This document shows, piece after piece, positions 1 through 11,397 of a DNA stretch of 64,000 nucleotides. Each line of letters opens with the position of its first letter. Position 1 is the first letter of the stretch. The position numbers were made by a program, and so were the translations under genes. This DNA comes from Felis catus (Eukaryota), in contig NC_058377.1 of assembly GCF_018350175.1 (NCBI RefSeq), forward strand, positions 61,938,001-62,002,000. Direction: 5' to 3'. The notes below the pieces were generated by a model. That model was not told the DNA's origin. It searched no databases and saw nothing but the letters and a program-made list of their open reading frames with translations.

Positions 1-294
1 CTTTGCCTTTATTCAAACTCCCTCAAAAATAACTAGAGAAAACAAGAGAGGAAAAAAGGATAAAAGAAACAAAAATTATTCTCTCTCATCCTATGACTGT
101 AAATGTCTGGCTTTCCCATAAGACCACTAGCTAATATCTGGGAGACAAGCCTGACTCCTTCCTCAGTAACCCCCAACCAAACCCAGGGCTTGTATTTGCT
201 ATATGAATGACATCACATCTATGGTATCACATATACAGCGAGTCCCAGGCAGTTGAACCTTTAAGTTTCAAAGATTACTTGATTCTCTGATTTC

Positions 295-1930
295 TTTTTT
301 AAAATTTTGCTATTAATATATAATTCACATCTTATAAAATTCAGTTTTTAAGTATAGAAATCAGTGATCTTTAGTGTATCTGCAAAGTTGTGCAGTCATC
401 ACCAACATCAAATCACAGAATGTTTTCATCACTCTGAAAAGAAACTTCCTGGCCTTTAGCAGTCACTCCCCATTCTCATCTACCCTAGCCCCTGACAACA
501 ACTAATCCATTTTCTGCTGCTTTGGACTTGACCATTTCTGAACATTTTATCTAAATATAATCAAATGTGCTGCTTTTCATGTCTGGCTTCTTTCATTTAG
601 CATGTTTTCAAGGTTCATTATATATCAGTACTTAATGTCTGATAAAATTTCCATTGTATAAAATATACCACATTTTATTTGTGTAATAGTCACATGATGG
701 GTATTTGGATTGTTCTCATTTTGAGGCTGCAAATAATACTTCTTTGAATATTAATGTATAAGCTTTATTATAGACATATATCTTTGGTTCTTTGGAGCAT
801 GTAGCCAAGAATAAAATTGCTGAGTCACTTGGTAACTCTATGTTCACCTGTCTGAAGAAAAGCCAAAAGGTTTTCCAAAGTTGCTTCACCAATTTACATT
901 TCATCAGCAATGTTTGAGGATTCCAGTTTCTCCACATCTTTGCCAACTTTGTTATTTTCTGTTTTGTTTTGTTTTGTTTTCCTAATAGGAATGCAATGGT
1001 ATCTCATAGCAGTCTTGATTTGCATTTCCCAAATGGCCGATGAAGCTCAACTTCATACCATGTGCTTATTGGTGTGCTTACCATGTGCTATTTGTATGTC
1101 TGTTTTTGAAGAAATGTCTACTCAAATCATTTGCTTATTTTTAAACTAGTTTATTTGACTTTTTGTTGTTGAGTTGTAAGAGATCTTTATGTATTTTGGA
1201 TATGAAACTATTGTTAGATATATGATTTGCAAATATTTTTTTCCACTTTCTTCGCAGTGTCCTTAAAAGCACAAAAGGTTTGTTTTTTGTTAAGTCCAAT
1301 TTATCTATTTTTTCTCTGGTTTCTTGTCCTTGTCATGTTATACCAAAACAACCATTGTCTAATACATCTGAGTTTTCTTCTAAAGGTATTATAGTTTTAT
1401 AATTTCTCAGCTTTTTGGCTAAGATCAAGTGTAAAGGTGTTAAGAGTTTTACACCTTACATGTAGACCTTTTATCTATTTGAATCAATTTTTTTACATGT
1501 TTATTTATTTTGAAGAAGAGAGTATGAGTGGAGGAGGGGCAGAGAGAGAGAAAGAGAGAGAATCCCAAGTAGGCTCCATGCTCAGCACAGAGCCTGACAC
1601 GGGGCTCAATCTCACAACTGTGAGATCATGACCGAAGCCAAAATCAAGAGTCAGGTACTCAACTGACTGAGCAGCCCAGGTGCCCCAGAGTTAATTTTTT
1701 AAAATTTTGAGTTAATTTTTGTATATAAGTTGAGAGAAGGATCCAACTTCAGTCTTTCTCATGTAGATATTCAATTATCCCACCAACATTTGTTGAAAAA
1801 AATTATTATTTACCCATTAAACAGTCTGAGTATCATTGTTGAAAATTCATTGACCATAGATGTATGGGTTTACCTCTGAACTGTCAGTTTTCTTCCATTA
1901 GCCTGTATGTTTACCCCTTACATTGGTATC
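295..1930 (-). mobile_element. Old LINE-1 (L1MB-like) 3' end and ORF2 fragment, interrupted by a SINE
   Basis: The 716-946 (-) translation resembles the L1 ORF2 C-terminus (CKLVKQLWKT...IELPSDSAI); typical antisense L1 3'UTR sequence. Confidence 0.8.
1488..1686 (-). mobile_element. Can-SINE (SINEC)
   Basis: T-rich tail, (GA)n tract, tRNA-derived head ending CCCAGGTGCCCC. Confidence 0.9.
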
Positions 1931-4420
1931 ATACTGTCTCAAATAATCTAGATTTGCAAAAGAGAGAACAGACAGCATGGAAATCTGAGATACTGTTTCC
2001 GGTCAGTAAAAGGATTTTGGAGAATATTCAGGCATGGACAATAAGAATCAAAGGGATCTTCTGATTTCACTGAGGAAGGACAGGCAAAGGCCCACTATAT
2101 TCTCCTCCAGCTTTCTTATTAAGGGCACTGACATTATCAGCCATGGCCTAACCATTTCTATGCATCGTTAACTATTTTCTCTCAACTGTGTTGTCCAATT
2201 AGTTGTCAAACCTTATACCATTTCTTCAAATTGCTTTGCCATTTCATTGATACCATATCTGCCTAAGAGTAGACCTTCAACACCTGAATTCCCAAAACAG
2301 ACTTCTACTGGCCCCTGCACCAAATCTGCCAGCACCCAGCCATTCCTTCCCTCTATTGACAGTGACTTTTAAAACCCAAATTTCCTGCTTAAACTCTTCA
2401 AAATAGACAGACCTCCCTTATTTTAAAAACGAAACAATGACGGAATTGGTCTTAACTCATCTCTACTTCTTCTGACCTATTTGCTTTTTAGCTGGAATAG
2501 TTAATCCCTTCTATTCCTCAAGTCTTACAAGGAGAAGTGCACTTTCTATGGCTTGGGGTGAGTGGATGCACCGTGACCTACTAATGGACATGTTCATGGG
2601 CCACCACCTCTTCTCACCGTCTCTTCTTTCTTGTTCCTCAACTCCATAATGGATTATAGTTTAGTAATGTCACACCACAAAACTGTGCTTGCAAGGTCAC
2701 CACTGACATCAACATTGCTAAATACAATGGACTCTCAGTATAGAGATTGATACAGTTGACTTCACTTCTTTCTTGATTTTTTTTCTCCTTTCTTGGACCA
2801 GTAAGTTTTCTCCTCCCTGATCTTCCACCTATCTTTATGTCTGTCTCTTCAATTTCTTTTATAAACAGCTCTCCTTCTATTCTCTCCTAAATATTAACAT
2901 TATCCATGGTTCTTTCCCAAGCTAGCTCAGTTTTGACTCCACATGATCTCTCTGAATGATCTTGGAAGAAAAACCAGATTTCCATTATTTTTGAAACATG
3001 CTGATCAACTAATCTGTATCTTCTGCTTTCATTTATTTCTTGTTTTCCAACTGACTACTTGGCACCTTAAATTGTCTGTTTCATAGGAACTTTAAGATAA
3101 AAATGCCCAAAATATGAATATAATTTTTTTTCTTCTTAGATTGATTTTTTCAGTGAGAGGCAGAAATTCAGTAGCTAAGTCAGAAATCTAGCTATCATTC
3201 CACACATTCTTTCTCTCATGCGTTCTTTATGTCTATTTACGTAGGCAACAAATTCTAAATATCCTACCACTTAGGATAAGTGGTAAAGCAAGCTCTAAAA
3301 GAGAAGTGCGTGTTTGAAATGGCAGGTAAAAGGGATGAAAGAGATAATTAACTATTAGAATAGTTGCTTAGTAAAGCTGAAGTGTAAGGCCGTGTGTTAA
3401 TTGGTTTATATTCGTGATTTTTTTCTAGTGTTAAGCAGTCCTAGGGCTAACATCAGGGAAACTAGATACAAAGATTGATCCAGGATAGATACCAAGGAGC
3501 TAGTTTGATGGAAGAACAAAGCCTAAATTGCCAGAAAAAAACATCTCTGATAGAAAGATCAGTTTTTATATTGATTTTAACTTCGTCAGAATTATGATTA
3601 CAAACTTACCTGTAAACATTCAGTCATCTGAAAACCAAATTGCAATTGCAATTTCTTTCTTTCTCATGTTCTTCTCTGGTGCATTACCCCTCCTGAGCAG
3701 CAAGTAGAACAGTTTCAATAACTGACTCAGAGCAACCCACTTTATTAATTAAATCACCACATATTGCCAAGGATTTACTTTCCCTGCCTTATATATATTT
3801 ATTTTAAGAATAATATGTGGCTTTAGATTATAATATTTTGGAAGTATATGGAAATTCTAAGATTAAATATATTGTTAGGCTCTGATGAAAGAAGTCATTA
3901 GATGCAGACTAGAAGCTGGAAGAAGGGTAAGGGGTATACTTTTCCTGTTAGCTTTCTGTTCCTGTAATTGTCACCCAAGCAACTGCTTTATCCTTCGCAA
4001 CAGCAGTTGATTCTAACATAAGCAGCTGGTTCCAGTTTGTGGGCGGTTTTCCCCCCACTCTTACCTCCAAACAGCTTTGTGATATAACTTATATATACCA
4101 GCGCCATCTCTTGGTGGCCCATTCTTAGAAGTCTGGGCCCCAGCCCTCTGGGCAGTGTCCTTTAAACTTCTATAACCAGAATCTTCTTTCTCACAGAAGA
4201 AATTGATTACAGCAGTTACCAAATCCCTATCAAGTCAGTGTGCCCTGCAATTCAGACTTCTTCCATCCATAACTATTTATATAAAAACGAGAGTTCTCAG
4301 AGCTTAATTTTATAAAAATTAAATGGAGATAACTAAGGGTGAAACTTGTCTCATACCATCATTATTGATTTTTGAATATATGAATTCATTGAAGGAAAAA
4401 CAAGAACAACCCCATCAATC

Positions 4421-5702
4421 TTTTTTTTCTTAATTTTATTTTTTATTTTTTTAAATTTACATCCAAATTAGTTAGCATATAGTGAAACAATGATTTCAGG
4501 AGTAGATTCCTTAATGCCCCTTACCCATTTAGCCCATCCCCCTTCCCACAACCCCTCCAGTAACCCTCAGTTTATTCTCCATATTTATGAGTCTCTCCTG
4601 TTTTGTCCCCATCCCTGTTTTAATATTATTTTTGTTTCCCTTCCTTTATGTTCATCTGTTTTGTCTCTTAAAGTCCTCATATGAGTGAAGTCATATGATT
4701 TTTGTCTTTCTCTGACTGANNNNNNNNNNNNNNNNNNNNNNNNNNNNNNNNNNNNNNNNNNNNNNNNNNNNNNNNNNNNNNNNNNNNNNNNNNNNNNNNN
4801 NNNNNNNNNNNNNNNNNNNNNNNNNNNNNNNNNNNNNNNNNNNNNNNNNNNNNNNNNNNNNNNNNNNNNNNNNNNNNNNNNNNNNNNNNNNNNNNNNNNN
4901 NNNNNNNNNNNNNNNNNNNNNNNNNNNNNNTGGCTATTGTTGATAGTGCTGCTATAAACATGGGGGTGCATGTGTCCCTTCGAAATAGCACACCTGTATC
5001 CCATAAATAAATGCCTGGTAGTGCAATTGCTGGGTCATAGGGTAGTTCTATTTTTAGTTTTTTGAGGAACCTCCATACTGTTTTCCAGAGTGGCTGCACC
5101 AGCTTGCATTCTCACCAACAATGCAAAAGAGATCCTCTTTCTCCTCATCCTCACCAACATCCGTCGTTGGCTGAGTTGTTAATGTTAGCCATTCTGCAGG
5201 TGTAAGGTGATATCTTGTGGTTTCGATTTTCCTTTCCCTGAAGATGAGTGATGTTGAACATTTTTTCATGTGTTGGTTGGCCATCTGGATGTCTTCCTTG
5301 GAGAAGTGTCTATTCATGTCTATTCATGTCATGCATTTCTTCACTGGATTATTTGGTTTTTGGGTGTTGAGTTTGAAAAGTTCTTTATAGATTTTGGATA
5401 CTAACCCTTTATCTGATATGTCATTTGCAAATACCTTCTCCCATTCTGTCGGTTACCTTTTAGTTTTGCTGATTGTTTCCTTCGCTGTGCCGAAGCTTTT
5501 TATTTTGATGAGGTCCAAGAAGTTCATTTTTGCTTTTGTTTCCCTTGCCTCCGGAGACGTGTTGAGTAAGAAGTTGCTGCGGCCAAGTTCAAAGAGGTTT
5601 TTGCCTGCTTTCTCCTCGAGGATTTTGATGGCTTCCTATCTTACATTTAGGCCTTTCATCCATTTTGATTTTATTTTTGTGTATGGTATCAGAAAGTGTC
5701 CA
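4421..5702 (-). mobile_element. 5'-truncated carnivore LINE-1 (ORF2 3' end + 3'UTR)
   Basis: ORF2-like translations at 4677-5317 (-); TSD AACCCCATCAATC at 4408-4420 and 5706-5718; contains N run 4720-4930. Confidence 0.92.
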
Positions 5703-6482
5703 GAAAACCCCATCAATCATATTAAAAACTTGACTTTTGAAAATAATTGGTGTATGTTTAATAATTTATGAAATTAAAGTTTCTTTATATGGCTTTATTA
5801 ATGTATAATTAAAATAATTATAATTATCAAACATTTTAATACTCAAAGCCAAATGATTAAAGAAAATAAAATTAATCATTACAATTTGCATACATATTTT
5901 TATTGCAAAGTATGAAAGAGTGAACATCACAGGATTTTTAAGCTTAAAAATTAATATGTAGGAAAATGGACCAACTTCAAGGAGACAAAGCAATAATGTT
6001 AAATTTGTGACAGTTATTGAAACCTTGTTCATGTATTTTTAAGTGGATAATAAAGGTCCACTTTATTGGGCCTCTTTATTGGTCCACTTTAAAGTGGGGA
6101 AGAAAATTTCAAGGCTATTTAGATTCCATAGGACTTATAAGACTAAAGTGATATTTTTATCTTAAAAATGTCAATATTTACACTATACTGAACATCATAT
6201 CCTTTTCTAGTGCTTAAGTATTAAATGACAATTCTTAGATGTCAACTTGATATTTTTGAGGGAGCATATACTATTTCAAAATTCTTTTGGCAAATTCCCA
6301 GGCAAAGGTTTTTGAAGACCACTGGTTTGTATTAACATGAGAGGAAATAGGCATGAACAAAGGAAAAGAATGCAGTACTCTGAAGTCTTTGGGGGGAAGG
6401 AATCTTTGGTGTGAAGGTTTGATGGATGGCTGATGTCAAAGGATCTGGGGGAATTTGGCTAAAGAAGTGATCGCTCCACTTC

Positions 6483-6760
6483 CAGGCAAGCTTCGTGGGT
6501 GTGAAACCTGCACAGTAGCATAAGGCCCACACTTAGAAGGGTCCGGTGTTTGTTTAATATTCTGCTTCCATGTTGTTAAAATTATTAATAATTAATTTTT
6601 AAACGTATTAAGGCTAATGAGACAACAGAGCAGGAGCATCTCCACTGTCATTTCTTACCACTGTATTTACATATAACATTTGTGATGCCTTGTCTACATA
6701 GAATACCGTGGACCACGATACATGGAAATTCAGTGAAATACACAAAATTAAGGGAAAGCA
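6483..6760 (+). mobile_element. hAT-Tip100 (Zaphod/MER115-like) DNA transposon 5' fragment; paralogs at ~17799-18050, 31969-32230, 43434-43700
   Basis: CAGG...GCTTCATGG...GCTCAGAAGGG...TTTGAACTTGTGTTTTGTAA matches the recalled Zaphod/MER115 consensus. Confidence 0.55.
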
Positions 6761-6912
6761 GAGAAAAGGAAAGAACGGAGGATATAAGAGAAGAGAAGGG
6801 AAAAGAAACATAAAACCTACTAGGTTTTATTTCCACTTTCCTTGAAAATATCCTACGGAAAATATTCTTTCCTCATGCCTTAATCTTTGTTTTCCAACCA
6901 CTCCTTATTATC

Positions 6913-7338
6913 TCCCTAGGAATAAACACCACGGATCAAATCTCTAGAGCAAGCAGCATTGGGATTTCATAACTGAGCATCACAGAGAGTCTGTAAATAG
7001 CCTCACTTACCAAATCCCTTAATCAGAGGAGGCTGGAACTCAAAACTATGCTGAAGATACTCAATGGGCTCACAAAATTGAGGACAGATCAGACTTTTGA
7101 ACTCAGTTTCCACACTCAGCCCCCTTTACCCTCCAAATCACGTCCATACAACCTGCACAAGAACACAGCTTTCACATCCCTAAACAACCCACTGCCTTCA
7201 GGCATACGACACCTGCACAAGCTATTGCTCCACCACATACTCTCCCACATAGCCCCACACTCACATGTGACACCCATCACAAAGCTCCAGGCTCAGCATG
7301 CTCAGCTTGTGAACACATGGCACTCGACACAGGTATGT
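6913..7338 (+). promoter_or_regulatory. Diverged putative promoter and first exon of OR copy A
   Basis: Homologous to the B/C/D promoter block. O/E-like TCCCTAGGA at 6913-6921; the GTGAGA donor is absent; a strong CAG|GTATGT lies at 7333. Confidence 0.35.
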
Positions 7339-8139
7339 TTTTGAAATCACATTCTAGAAAAAGATTATGCTCAAAGAAAGAACTCAGAGTTTAATGATAA
7401 AAGCCTAGGTCTCCAAGGCATCATGGTGATCCACAGCCAAGGCTGAGTGGGGCAAATTTGGGAGAGTTCTCCCATTCCACCCAAAGTGGTGCTCCAGTTC
7501 AATGTCTTTTTCACGTTGTTTCCCTGGGCAGGGGGTGGGGGGTGGAAACGTTGCTTGGACCTCATCTTTCTGGTACTCACATAGAATACCAGAGTATCTC
7601 ACAAAATAGCAGCTTCCTTACAGTAATCTTTGGAAATCTCCCTTTGCTAGCAAGAATAGGCTGGGAAGGGGGGGCAGGAGAAGGTGGTAGTGACTCCAGC
7701 TTTCCACTTGACCGCCCACAGTTTTCTCCGGTACTGGCTGGACTTCCATCAGTGGAAGTCCCCAGGCAAATAAGAAGGGCTTTCATTGTATCTGTCTTTT
7801 CGAAATCCAGAAATGAGTAAAATGATTATAGCATTAAATATTAATATTAGAGCGTCTGGCAAGAAAAATAAAGGAATTCAAATATTGGCCAAATAAATGG
7901 ACAGCCAAGTGATGTGAAAATATCCAACTTTGAATCATGAGATGTGAGACATAATTTCAGTCCTGATAGTAATTTGCTTTGTGATCTGGATTGCATCCGT
8001 TTATTTCTCTGAACGTGGACTTTCCCTTGGTAAAATAGGTATGATAGGTATGATACTTTTTATCACTCCAGTATGTGGCTACAGGAAAAAGAGCTTGCAC
8101 AAAGGGGGAGGACATTATTTTTGGTGTCCAACGTTTTAA

Positions 8140-8290
8140 TCCCATATACTTAACACCTCACCCACAAAAATGTGAGATAGGTAAGGCAGGTGGTCTCATT
8201 TCCAACAGATAAATGAAAAAAATGAATCTTATATTATTGTGGGACTATCCAATGCTGAACATGAATATCCAGAAGACCTGGGACTAGGAT
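8140..8290 (-). mobile_element. MIR fragment in the predicted 5'UTR intron (paralogs near 19500, 34100, 45160)
   Basis: Degenerate antisense MIR core. Confidence 0.4.
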
Positions 8291-8667
8291 CCCAGACTCA
8301 TTGGTTTTCATAACTGGAGACTGCTTAGAGGAGGGAAAAGATTTTTTTTCTCAAGGTTGTGCATCATTATTTGACAAATTAGGACTAAAGTTTAGGAATC
8401 CAGGTGCCTTACAAAGCGTTCTTAGGTATGATTGGGGCTTGGAATGTGGATATCAAAACATGATTTTGAGTAAAGAAAATAGCAGATAGAAGAAATGGAT
8501 TGTATGAGACATATTATTTTAAGATTTGGAAACAATTAAAAACAATGTATGTTTTTCTCAACGTAAACAAAATTGTGTCACAGAAAGGTTACCCTTTTAG
8601 GTGATGAACCAAATATATGAAGGCATTCCATCACCCCTTGGATACAGCCCTTTGTTTGCCAAGCAGA

Positions 8668-9624
8668 ATGTCAGTTTCCAACATCAGTGATGACAGTCTC
8701 CCAGGCACACTCATCCTTACTGGGATCCCAGGACTGGAGTGGGCCCACGTCTGGATCGCCATCCCCTTCTGCACCATGTATCTGGTAGCGCTGACTGGGA
8801 ATGCTGCCCTCATCCTTGTCATTGTGACAGACAGGGCTCTTCATGCACCCATGTACCTCTTCCTGTGCCTTCTCTCACTCACTGACCTGGCTCTCAGCTC
8901 CACTACTGTGCCCAAGACATTAGCCATTTTGTGGTTTTATACTGGAGAGATTTCCTTTGGTGGATGCCTGGCCCAGATGTTTTGTGTCCATTCTATCTAT
9001 GCTCTAGAGTCCTCAGTTCTTCTCGCCATGGCCTTTGATCGCTATGTGGCTATCTGCAACCCACTGAGATACACAACTATTCTCAACCATACTGTCATAG
9101 GCAAAATTGGACTTGCCAGCATATTCCGTAGCATAGTTTTTGTCTCCCCATTCATCTTCTTGTTGAGGCGACTGCCTTACTGTGGTCACCATGTCATGGC
9201 CCACACATACTGTGAGCACATGGGCATCGCTCGCCTGGCCTGTGCCAACATCACTGTCAATATTGTCTATGGGCTGACTGTGGCCCTGTTGGCCGTGGGT
9301 CTGGATTCCATCCTCATTGCCATTTCCTACGGCTTTATCCTCCATGCTGTCTTCCGCCTTCCATCTCAAGATGCCAGGCACAAGGCTCTGAGTACCTGTG
9401 GCTCCCACCTGGGGGTCATCTTGGTCTTCTACATTCCTGCCTTCTTCTCCTTCCTCACCCACCGTTTTGGCCAGCACCGAGTCCCCAAGAATGTGCACAT
9501 TTTTCTGGCCAACCTGTATGTGCTGGTGCCTCCTGTGCTCAACCCGATCATCTATGGGGCTAGGACCAAGGAGATTCGGAGCCGACTTCTGAGGCTGCTT
9601 CACTTGAGGAGGGTCTCAGTATGA
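8668..9624 (+). CDS. OR52D1-like: Class I olfactory receptor, OR52D1-like, copy A (318 aa)
   Basis: Intact ORF with OR motifs [45 protein letters not shown] and PPVLNPIIY, plus an N-terminal NIS sequon. Closely matches recalled human OR52D1. Start placed at 8668 because a CAG acceptor (8664-8666) lies just upstream. Confidence 0.93.
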   Translation: MSVSNISDDSLPGTLILTGIPGLEWAHVWIAIPFCTMYLVALTGNAALILVIVTDRALHAPMYLFLCLLSLTDLALSSTTVPKTLAILWFYTGEISFGGCLAQMFCVHSIYALESSVLLAMAFDRYVAICNPLRYTTILNHTVIGKIGLASIFRSIVFVSPFIFLLRRLPYCGHHVMAHTYCEHMGIARLACANITVNIVYGLTVALLAVGLDSILIAISYGFILHAVFRLPSQDARHKALSTCGSHLGVILVFYIPAFFSFLTHRFGQHRVPKNVHIFLANLYVLVPPVLNPIIYGARTKEIRSRLLRLLHLRRVSV

Positions 9625-10039
9625 CTTCTGAGCGGCTGTTGGAAATGATAAAGAACGGTAAATGATACTTGGTAAAAGATAAAGTAAATGATAAAGGTAA
9701 AGGATGATTGTTTAGAACTTTAACATGGATGGAAGCCTGTGATGTGAGAGGCAGAGTGACATGGCAGGAAGCACTGGAAGAGAAATGGTCAGATAAATTG
9801 GATACATTGAATATGACGTTGAATGTGCTCCTTGACCAATTCTGAATTGCCAAGAATGAGGTTAAATTTTTCCTGTCATCTCAGTAGGGACTATAATTTA
9901 CCAAGAAGAAAGGCATTCCTGTCTGGAATTCACACTGCATCTCATGGCAGAAATATTCTACTGGGAAGTGACGTGAAAAACAAACAAAAACCTGAACACT
10001 TGGAGTGCTTTGGATATGAACTCCAAAACGCTGGGCAGT

Positions 10040-10240
10040 GGCCAAGAGCATGAGAACTAGCATGGGGGTGTTTGTGTTTGAATCCCGGCTCCTCTGCCTT
10101 TTATCTCTACTTTGCTCAACAGTAAAAGGGGATAATGATAACATTTAACACTTGAGGTTGTGGTGAGGATTGACATATTATTGAGTGTATGTAGAAATCT
10201 GAGAATAGTGTCTGAAATATAAAATACCCAATAAATAAAT
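10040..10240 (+). mobile_element. MIR in the 3' flank of copy A
   Basis: AAGAGCA...TTTGAATCCC...GGGGATAAT...GTTGTGGTGAGGATT...AATAAA. Confidence 0.7.
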
Positions 10241-10966
10241 ATGAGATGTAAATGTTATGTAACTTCTCTAGACATTATTTCCATTTTACAACTTATATAA
10301 GATTTATTTTGTATTATCTGAGCTGACATAATTATTATAACTGCTAATAAAGGTTAGGCAGTGCTTGGGATATGATTAGTGCTCAGTAAAACCACATTTT
10401 CTCCCATTATCCCCCCCCCTTCTGATTGTAAGGTTTACTTCTATTTAGCCATAATTTCATCCCTTGTTATAGAAACCTGACCAGTCCCAGTACCCTTATG
10501 CGCAGTCCATTGTTGACTTTAGTTGCTGTGTCTTTTTAAGTTCATCATAGTTGGAATTTGTTCAGTTTTTTGCATGTAAAAATCAATGTTTTCATTGAAA
10601 ATATATATATTATAAATTATTTTCCTGTCACTGCCACCCAAGCATCTGTTGTATTCATTGGCAGTAGCAATCGATTCTAATTGAAACAGTGAGTTCCAAG
10701 TGGCATTTTTAATTGCCCCTATTTCTTTTAAAAAATAATTACTATCTCTTTAACTGATATTATCACTATCATCGTTTCCTTTAGTTCTTTGGGCATTTTT
10801 AAAATAGTTGATTTAAAGTCATGGTTTATTAAGTTCAGTGTTTTGGCCTTCTCAGGGACAGTTTCTATTGGTATATTTTTTTCCTGTGTATGGGCCATAC
10901 TTTTTTTATTCTTTTTGTTTGTTTCTTTTGATGCCCCATAATCTGCTGAAAAGTGGACATTTTAAA

Positions 10967-11180
10967 GTGTATTTATATATTTTGAGAGAGAGAAAGAGAG
11001 AAGGAGAGAGAGAATTGAGTGAAAGAGTGGCACAAAGAAAGGGAGAGAGAGAATCCCAAGCAGGCTCTGCACTGTCAGCAGGAATCCTATGTCAGGCTTG
11101 ATCTCACAAACCATGGGATCATGATGTGAGCCCAAAACCAAGAGCCAGATAATTAACCAACTGAGTTACGTAGGCACCCC
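10967..11180 (-). mobile_element. Can-SINE specific to I1
   Basis: Degenerate TSD (GAAAAGTGGACATTTTAAA / GAAAACTGGACTTTAAA); site is empty at ~23642 and ~38076. Confidence 0.88.
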
Positions 11181-11201
11181 TGGAAAACTGGACTTTAAAA
11201 C

Positions 11202-11397
11202 AATTTTTTTTAACGTTTATTTATTATTGAGAGACAGACACAGAGCGTGAGCAGGGGAGGGGTAGAGAGAGGGGGGAGACACAGAATCTGAAGTAAGCTC
11301 CAGGCTCTGAACTGTCAGCACAGAGCCCGATGTGGGGCTCGAACTCATCAATGTTGTGATCATGACCTGAGCCGAAGTTGGTCGCTTAAACAACTCA
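11202..11397 (-). mobile_element. Can-SINE with deleted 5' head
   Basis: SINE body stops at CGCTTAAACAACT and joins directly to unit sequence. Confidence 0.88.

Larger units (their letters stand above)
1940..8667 (+). repeat. Old, strongly diverged paralogous copy of the OR upstream unit
   Basis: Collinear but weak similarity to 24990-35431 (e.g. 2070-2400 vs 25090-25420, 3250-3600 vs the sequence around 14300-15090, 7040-7960 vs 32520-34000). Lacks the MLT2 and MLT1A LTRs. Confidence 0.75.

Noticed and set aside
8617-8667. 17-aa N-terminal extension of OR copy A (and the 22-aa extension of copy C, 35366-35431)
   Set aside because: These lie upstream of a conserved pyrimidine-rich CAG acceptor, are not conserved in B or D, and are predicted intronic.
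9013-9603. 160-196 aa antisense ORFs over the OR CDSs (also 21498-22088, 35777-36262, 46985-47467)
   Set aside because: Shadow ORFs of GC3-rich OR codons; their recurrence simply reflects CDS homogenisation.
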